From NCBI GenBank assembly GCA_051294375.1, contig CM119271.1, forward strand, positions 2,122,677-2,186,676: a DNA stretch of 64,000 nt. The letters run 5' to 3'. Shown piece after piece: positions 57,801 through 64,000 of this stretch; within the stretch, counting starts at the first letter, position 1, and each line of letters begins with the position of its first letter. The notes beneath the pieces were generated by a model. That model made no database searches. It saw only the letters and a list, made by a program, of their open reading frames with translations, and was not told the origin of the DNA. Position numbers and translations under genes: made by a program. The DNA is from Paraspadella gotoi (lineage: Eukaryota; Animalia; Chaetognatha).

Positions 57801-60563
57801 TCGTGGCGAGGCGGACCGATATGAGATTTATATATTTGACTATTTGTCACATGTTAAAGAATTCTCTGAAAAGGTATCCTAACCAGGAGTAAAGTAACGA
57901 GAATGCGTGAAAATAATATATTGACGTCAGGAAAAAATCTTAGCCTAAATAAACACCTTAATATTTTATTAAATTAACTCAAATATTTTATCCGAACATC
58001 AAAATTTATTTTTTAGCCCAAAAGACAAGTTAATTCGGCAAAAACATGTACTAAAGATGTACTTCAATTTTCAATGTATTAGTAATTTATATAAATGTTT
58101 ATGATGCATATTTATATCAAATTATTTTGAGTATTTAATTACTATTTTCTAATAAAATTAAGTTTATACACTTTTTTCATAACAGGTTTTATTCAGAAAA
58201 TATAATATTTATATTTATTACATTTCTGTTTACCATAAAAAATATTAATTAATTAATACTATAATTAAATATATTCAGTATATTTTTATATATTTTTATC
58301 AGTAATCAATTAAAGAAGTATAAATATTTTAAATTAGTATCTTAAAAAAATTAATATGACAGTCTGCTATCTATAATTTAAAAAAAAAACCAAAAAAAAA
58401 AAAACCCCAAAAACCCCAAAAACCCAAAAAAAACCAGTGGGCTGGGTTTTTAAAAAAAAAAAACCAAGTTTTTGCCAACCCAGGGATAAAGGTTTTTATA
58501 CATAAATAAATGTATAGAATAATTGATCAATGTGGATTAAATAATATTTATAGATAAGTCGGAGACTCTCTTCAACTGCACCTTTCGTTTCCGAATGCCC
58601 GTTCGGGAAAGCCATTGAATTCGTACTCATGCGGAAACTCGGACTGGAGATAGTTCGGCGAAGTCGGCCTCTTTTCAGCTGTCGAAGAAAAACAAAGCAG
58701 GATTGAAAAAACATTCCAAACAGTTGATTTTTCTCCTTTTACGCTCGTTTTAACTCATCACTCAATCTCGGAAACACCTGCGGTGAAACGTTCCATGTCT
58801 CTGTATTTGGCGAGCCACCGGACTCTGGAGTTTATCTGTCCTGGCAGATGGCGCATCGCGTAGAGCCAATTGCCATCGGTGTCGCGCAGGTCGCGCAAAA
58901 CGTTAAAGACCTGTACCAATATTAATTTAATTATTTAATTTTAACATTAAAACGCAGAATGCGAAATGACGAACCTTATCCAGGCCAAAGTCGGGAAAGT
59001 CTTGCTTGACGAAGAATCGCTCGACGCCGAACTTGGCCGACCTCAAACCCATTTGCTTCACGTACGTCATGCAGTGGTTAGAGTGTCCCGTCGTCGTCGT
59101 GGCGCCTGGGAGATAACGTAGTGACGTGTAAGACAAAAATGGTGGCGATATTTTCAAACTGCCTAACCTCTAACCTCATTCATCCAATCGCTTTGGCTCG
59201 GCGGAGAAACGCACTATCCCAACCTTTCTTTCAAACCATTCACATGGGTTCAAATACTCCGACCACGACAGGTGAGACGCACCACCAAGCAGAGCATCAC
59301 AGGTTACCCGGCTGTTACTCTAAAATCCTCTTTAATTTCAAATTCCATTGCCCCTCTCCCTCCCCCCAATTTCCCGTTTTACTCACAAAGGACGTAGACG
59401 TCCTCGTGACTGTAGGTCTTGAGCGTGTAAGGCGAGTGCGGCGTCAAGTAGACGATCTTCTCCTTGGGAAAGAGTTCCGTGAAACACTTGGAGGTCACGT
59501 TCCACAAGTTGTGCGACGACATAGGGCCTTCCACGAGGCGGCCGAGGGCTGCGTTCTGCCGGTCGTAGTTGCATAGGTGAAGGTTGTAAGGATCCCAGGA
59601 GATCTTGTTCTCCAAATAGAGGGAGCGAATGTTTCTCTGGAAGCGAGCCTCGCTCGACCCGTCCATGAGGTGGGGACGGCCAAGGTCGAGCACGAGGTTC
59701 TGAACATTTTAATAAGGCATAAAAAGGTCCAAAAACGATTATCCAACTCTATATACTCCTCATTGTAGAAGAAGCGGACCTGACCGTGAAGGATGCCGTG
59801 AAATATCCGAGGTGTATATTTCTTTTTCACGAAGGCGCTGTTGATGCTAGGAAGAAGAAATTTTGGAGGTCCGCCCTGCTTAGTAAAAATAACCGACTTT
59901 AAGAACCAACAACCAAAAAATTATACAAAAAACAAACTATTACGAAAAATAGGCGTCACTAAAAAATTCAAGCAGACCCACAAAAAAAAACCTCACGCAT
60001 TCCCCTCCCCCGAAAACAAAAAACAATAGGCCGGCGTGCCTTGTTCCTGCCTTGTTCGTCGTAGAGGTTGCCGTCAAAGTCCGGCTCCACCTCCTTGGCC
60101 TTCTTCATCATTCTGTCCATCCGATGACGAGCCCGGTATCTCCGCTCTGCCGTTGACGCTTGTTTGGCAGACTCGCGCCGGTGGTAAACGGCCCAGAGAC
60201 GGCGTCGGGCTTCGGAATTGGAGGTGAGGAGGAGCTGAAAAAGGGAGATGGCGGAAGTGTCACAATCCAATTATCATGCTGTAATTCTATAATTCTATTC
60301 ACCTCTTCCCACATTTCGTGGGAGACTCTGCCGGGGACTTTGTCTCCCATGTAGAGGAGATAATCGTACTCGATCTTCAAAGCCTTTCGTCGCTCTTCGA
60401 TCGAGAGGTCGTGAGGGCCAGCGCCCAGAGTGGCGTTCAACTCGTCGAGCGACAAGAGCGAGGAGTGTCGACGAGGAGATTGGAAAGCGTTGACGAGCCA
60501 CTCGGAGATTAAAGGGCGGGGATTTGAGGTCCATGATCGACACAATATAGTTCTGAGGCGCAT
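51857..60563 (-). CDS. TRMT10C: TRMT10C/MRPP1-like methyltransferase, copy b. Core 60563-58582; putative last exon 52052-51857 beyond the TE insertion
   Basis: YMGDKVP, NLVLDLG, DPYNLHLCN, ELFPKEKIVYLTPHS and HEDVYVL. The phase-2 donor at 58581 joins the CCCAG acceptor at 52053 in frame. Read-through would stop near 58572. Confidence 0.85.
52534..52742. repeat. DIRS inverted terminal repeat (3' end relative to the ORFs)
   Basis: Reverse complement of 57611-57822 apart from small homopolymer indels; a unique extension lies at 52503-52533. Confidence 0.95.
52739..53700 (-). pseudogene. DIRS tyrosine recombinase (frameshifted)
   Basis: GLSYSTINLHRSAIS, FLVALASARRPSEI (catalytic Arg) and TRAMAVS...AGDWSGAQTFFRFY (catalytic Tyr). 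Confidence 0.88.
53780..55580 (-). pseudogene. DIRS pol: RT, RNase H and MT-like domain (frameshifted, internally rearranged)
   Basis: VGGRLRLF, FSKFFLVTKKDGGWRPIL, DLRDAYLH, LPFGLSTGPWLFTK, degenerate YID, TDASSQGWG, HINVK and PSIDLFAT...AYLLPP. Confidence 0.88.
56766..56851. repeat. DIRS internal complementary region (ICR)
   Basis: First half is complementary to 52503-52553 and second half to 57794-57826, i.e. a copy of the end-to-end junction. Confidence 0.92.
57611..57822. repeat. DIRS inverted terminal repeat (5' end relative to the ORFs)
   Basis: Reverse complement of 52534-52742. Confidence 0.95.
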
Positions 60564-60853
60564 TTTTTTCGGGGTCGAATTCTATCTCGCCCTTTTCTCA
60601 AAACCACGCCAATAATATCGAGAAAATAAAGTAAAGAGTTGTGAGAAAAAAAATTCACAAAAGCCAACGAATATTAAAAAAAAACAAAAGTTATGAGATC
60701 GACGTTTTTTTTTTTTTTTTTGATAGCTAACGGGGAAAAAAGGCAGAAAGGATGAATTGCGAATTGGTAAGGGAAGTCAGTTTGGAATCCGACAGCCAGC
60801 GACCTTTTTAAGGTGAGGGCGAAAGATAGGGGGAAAGGGAGAGGATATAAAAA

Positions 60854-62556
60854 TCACGAGACGGCGGAAGAGACCGAAGAATCGCGTTTGAAAGACGAAG
60901 AAGATTGAAGCGAGCGAGACGGCGGCAGCGGCTGCGTTTCGGAAGGCAGTTGTTCGAGGCGCAACTCGGGCGGGAGAGCGAAGTTGACGTCGTTGAGGAT
61001 GGGAATGAGGCCGTCGACGGTGGACCGAATGGAGCGAACCTGGGAATCAAGAGGGAAATTTAAAACCGAGTCGAGGAGGTCATTTTCTGACCGCGACGCC
61101 GAAATCAATCTACCGATTGCAAAATGTCCGAGGTTTTGGCCACTTGTTCGGCGAGCTTGGCGTATTTCTTTTGTCGCTCTGTCAGCATCGTCATCAAGGT
61201 GTTGACGGCAAAGTCGATCTCCTTGACGCGACTGTGTTAATGGCCGTTAATGGCCGTTAACAAGGTTAAGAGAGAACGAACTTCCTCAAAGACATTAATT
61301 TACTGTGAGATTGAAATGTGAAAATGTCCTCGATTTACTCACGTGCAAAGTGAGTTTTGGTCAAAGGCGACGGCATCGGCGCAACGTCTTAGGTGCTCTT
61401 GGTACCTGACCCCCATGACAAGAGCTTCTTTATAATTGAGGCGGAACACCGGTTCCGGCGGAGAGGCCTTCGTCTTTTGCTTCGCCGCAGCTTTTTCTAG
61501 ATTTTCCAAGGGGGAAGAGCGAAAAGAAGTCGATATTGGCAGGGTTCATTCCTAGTACAACTATCTACTATAATTTATTTAGTCTATGAGTTCATATGCG
61601 ACTTTGAGAAGACCCGATATCCAAAAATCTCATGAAATAAAGAGAATTAAAAACTATTCGATAGTACCGTTCGGAGAAAGATTAGCAGGAGGCTTCAAGA
61701 GCGGATAACAGACAGGGATGTTCCGCATCCTCTTCAGGTCGACGTCGTCGTCGACCGTCTCTTCCTTGACGACTTTCCCGCTGTGAACGACGACTATGGC
61801 GTCGGCTGCCTGGGCTTTTCCGGACGCCGACGACCGGCCGATCAGCGCCGACGCCGCGTCGAGCTTTTGCGTCGCCGTCGCTACGCCTGGGAGACGAGCG
61901 AGAGGACGATTAAAAAGGCATTCGGTGGAGAGGATTTCATATTTGTATTTTTTTTTATAGTATTGTTAATTTGAATTAATATTTTGTTTTTTTTTATTTT
62001 CCTTTCATTTTAACCGTCATACTTCATTTTTCCAAGTGATAATGACTCTTAAATAGTGACCTGCTATGTCATTATCTTGTAAGAGTGATGGAGGCCTTAA
62101 ATGGATAATTTTTATATTGGTTGTACCAATTTCATACGAGAACAAATTCTTTTAATTACAGCCCTCATCTCCTTTTGAATCCAATTATTATTATTATTCT
62201 CTCGACTTTTCCCGCCTTTTCTCAGACAATAAAGTTGATGGCATCAACCGACCCGATACGACGCCGGCGGAGACTTTAGCCTGCAGCTGCGCCTGCAGCG
62301 TCGGCGCCCGCGATGGGTCCGTCGAGGGAGAAACTCTCTCGTTGGATGAAGCGGAATTTCTCTTCCGTTCTCCGCCCATCGGCGACAACCCGGCGGCGCC
62401 GCCTCCAGCCCCGTTTCCGTCGCCGGCGGCGTTGACGTTCTCTTGGCTGCCGATGGGCGAGAGGTAGGCAAAGTTTTTGGCGTCCCCGGCACCGGTTCCG
62501 GCCCGCGGTTTGGAGGAGGAAGAGGGAGGCACCAGCGCGCTTTGGTCGGAACCCAT
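60854..62556 (-). CDS. BORCS5: BLOC-1-related complex subunit 5 (LOH12CR1, myrlysin)
   Basis: Myristoylation-type start MGSDQS; IVVVH..., LKRMRNIPVCYPL, RYQEHLRRCADAVAFDQNSL and LNFALPPELRLE. Confidence 0.88.
62058..62136. repeat. Dispersed intronic repeat family, internally deleted copy
   Basis: GACCTGCTATGTCATTATCTTGTAAGAGTGATGGAGGCCTTAAA joined to TGGATAATTTTTATATTGGTTGTACCAATTTCATA. Confidence 0.85.
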
Positions 62557-63181
62557 GACGCGGGACGGAGAGAGTTTGGATACGTTAATCTCTAAGAGGC
62601 CCACATTTTACGCGGGACTCGAACAGTAATGAGAATCCTTTCGTTTTGTCAGGATGGTTGAAATGTCAAAGCATTACTGGCTGATGATCGATGGCATAAA
62701 ATCGCCAAAAAAAAAAAAAAAAAATTAAAACAAAAATAAAAGACTCGCAATTAATTTTTAACTTGTATTTCCTTCAAATAAATGACTTACAAATAATTTT
62801 CAATACTGAGAGTTAAATTACAATCGCTTTAAATGCCACATTGCTAACGCCGATAAACGCTAATACAAAACTAAAACTACGCCAGTAAAATAAATGAGAC
62901 CATCCAATAAAAGTAGCGCATCCCGTTGAGTTTTAACGCCCATCTTTTCAGAGCTCATTGGCCTATAGAGTAAAAGAATGAGACGAGAGCGCAAATAAAA
63001 CATCAGAACTCAAAAATGTTACGGCTAAGCGAATAATTAGTGACCTAGAAACGACGCCCGAAAAAAGTATTTTTTTTTTAAACGCTGGAATGTTTTCTCG
63101 TGTACAACGAACGACTAGTCTCCGACAGCCGTAAGAAATATAGTTTATCACAATGTGATTCACGTATGCCGTTTCTTTCTT

Positions 63182-64000
63182 TCACAGATCATCGTGAATG
63201 TGAGGAGCATCCGTCTTTACTTTCTCTTTCCGTTTTTCTTCCGTCTTCTCTTCCTCTGTAGCGTCCGCCGCATCCGCATCCGCAGCCGCGTCCGTCCCGT
63301 CAAACCGCGCCTTCAGCTCCTTGATCTCCCTGTCGTATTCTGTCCACTCTGGCGCGATTCTCGCCGCCGCCGTGAGTTTGGGTTCTTTGGTGAGCGGGTT
63401 GTTGCAGAGATCGATCGTCTTGGCGGCAGCCTTGGACTCGTCCGAGCACCAAGTCTCGCACCACAACCACTCTTGAGGCAGGCTCTTGATGCCCACTTGG
63501 TGGATCATGTTGTTGGGCAAATCTTGATCTAAATTCGCCAAAGAGTTTGGGTCCTGGGAAAGGCCCTGGTACTGGCCGCGCAGGCGGTCGCCCGCCGCCA
63601 CCCTGCGGAACTTTTGAAGGTCGACCACGTAAAGAGCGCTGATGTGATACTTGCGGTGACCGAGGTGAGAGGCCCAGTAACCAGACTTCCAGAAGCGGAA
63701 CCTGGTATATAAAGATTGTTAGCTATTTTGATCTTTAGTTTTAGTTACTTTGAACTTTAGTTTTAGTTATAAAACGTTATCATGAATATAATCATCTCCT
63801 ACCCGTCCATCTCTTTCCGATCGTCGCAGAAGGGTGTGTAGCCGTAAGGAGCACCCCCGAGGTCGAGATCTTTGAGTTCCTTCAAATCCGCGCGGACGAT
63901 CTGATCCGCGTCCACGAAAATGATCTTCTTGACGCTGAGCGGGAATAGCACGTCGAGGAAGAGGATCTTGTAGCCCCAAATGACGCGCTGCTTCTCCGTC
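63182..64000 (-). CDS. UGGT: UDP-glucose:glycoprotein glucosyltransferase, 3' end (GT24 domain)
   Basis: [57 protein letters not shown] and IDLCNNP; C-terminal HDDL ER-retention-like signal. Confidence 0.97.

Larger units (their letters stand above)
52503..57827 (-). mobile_element. DIRS1-like tyrosine-recombinase retrotransposon, full length but frameshifted
   Basis: ITRs of about 210 bp at 52534-52742 and 57611-57822; ICR at 56766-56851; gag-like, RT, RNase H, MT-like and YR coding remnants on the minus strand. Confidence 0.93.
52086..58483. mobile_element. Non-autonomous hAT-type DNA transposon (about 1.1 kb of its own sequence) interrupted by a DIRS insertion
   Basis: 8-bp target-site duplication GGATAAAG at 52078-52085 and 58484-58491; imperfect TIRs CAGGTTGGCA and TGCCAACCCAG; subterminal AAAACCC-type repeats; no transposase ORF. 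Confidence 0.8.

Noticed and set aside
58496-58714. Separate 72-aa gene upstream of the TE
   Set aside because: It is an alternative frame over a TRMT10C-b exon that runs into intron sequence.

Overview
Eukaryotic, most likely metazoan invertebrate, genomic DNA with GC-rich exons and short AT-rich introns (some about 40-60 nt). I find 20 host protein-coding genes and all lie on the minus strand. In transcription order: UGGT (partial), BORCS5, TRMT10C-b, PCMT1, LYRM9, DOLK, Golgi alpha-mannosidase II, a TM-ARM-SPRY protein, TESK-like kinase, two UAP1 paralogs, PTER, an F-box protein, TRMT10C-a, an RDH12/13-like SDR, TBC1D1/4, GATB, a WRN-type exonuclease, a ZNF451-type PIN protein and an unidentified gene. 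Stop-to-ATG gaps along the backbone are only 122-802 bp, which suggests an operon-like array. The three apparent large gaps resolve as introns. Mannosidase II sits in a 6.7-kb DOLK intron and the RDH gene in a 3.9-kb TRMT10C-a intron, both on the same strand as the host. A hAT-type element carrying a degenerate DIRS retrotransposon fills the last intron of TRMT10C-b. The DIRS has its internal complementary region 5' of the pol and recombinase genes, inside a putative gag intron. All gene models and identities were read by eye with no database search, so exon boundaries are provisional.
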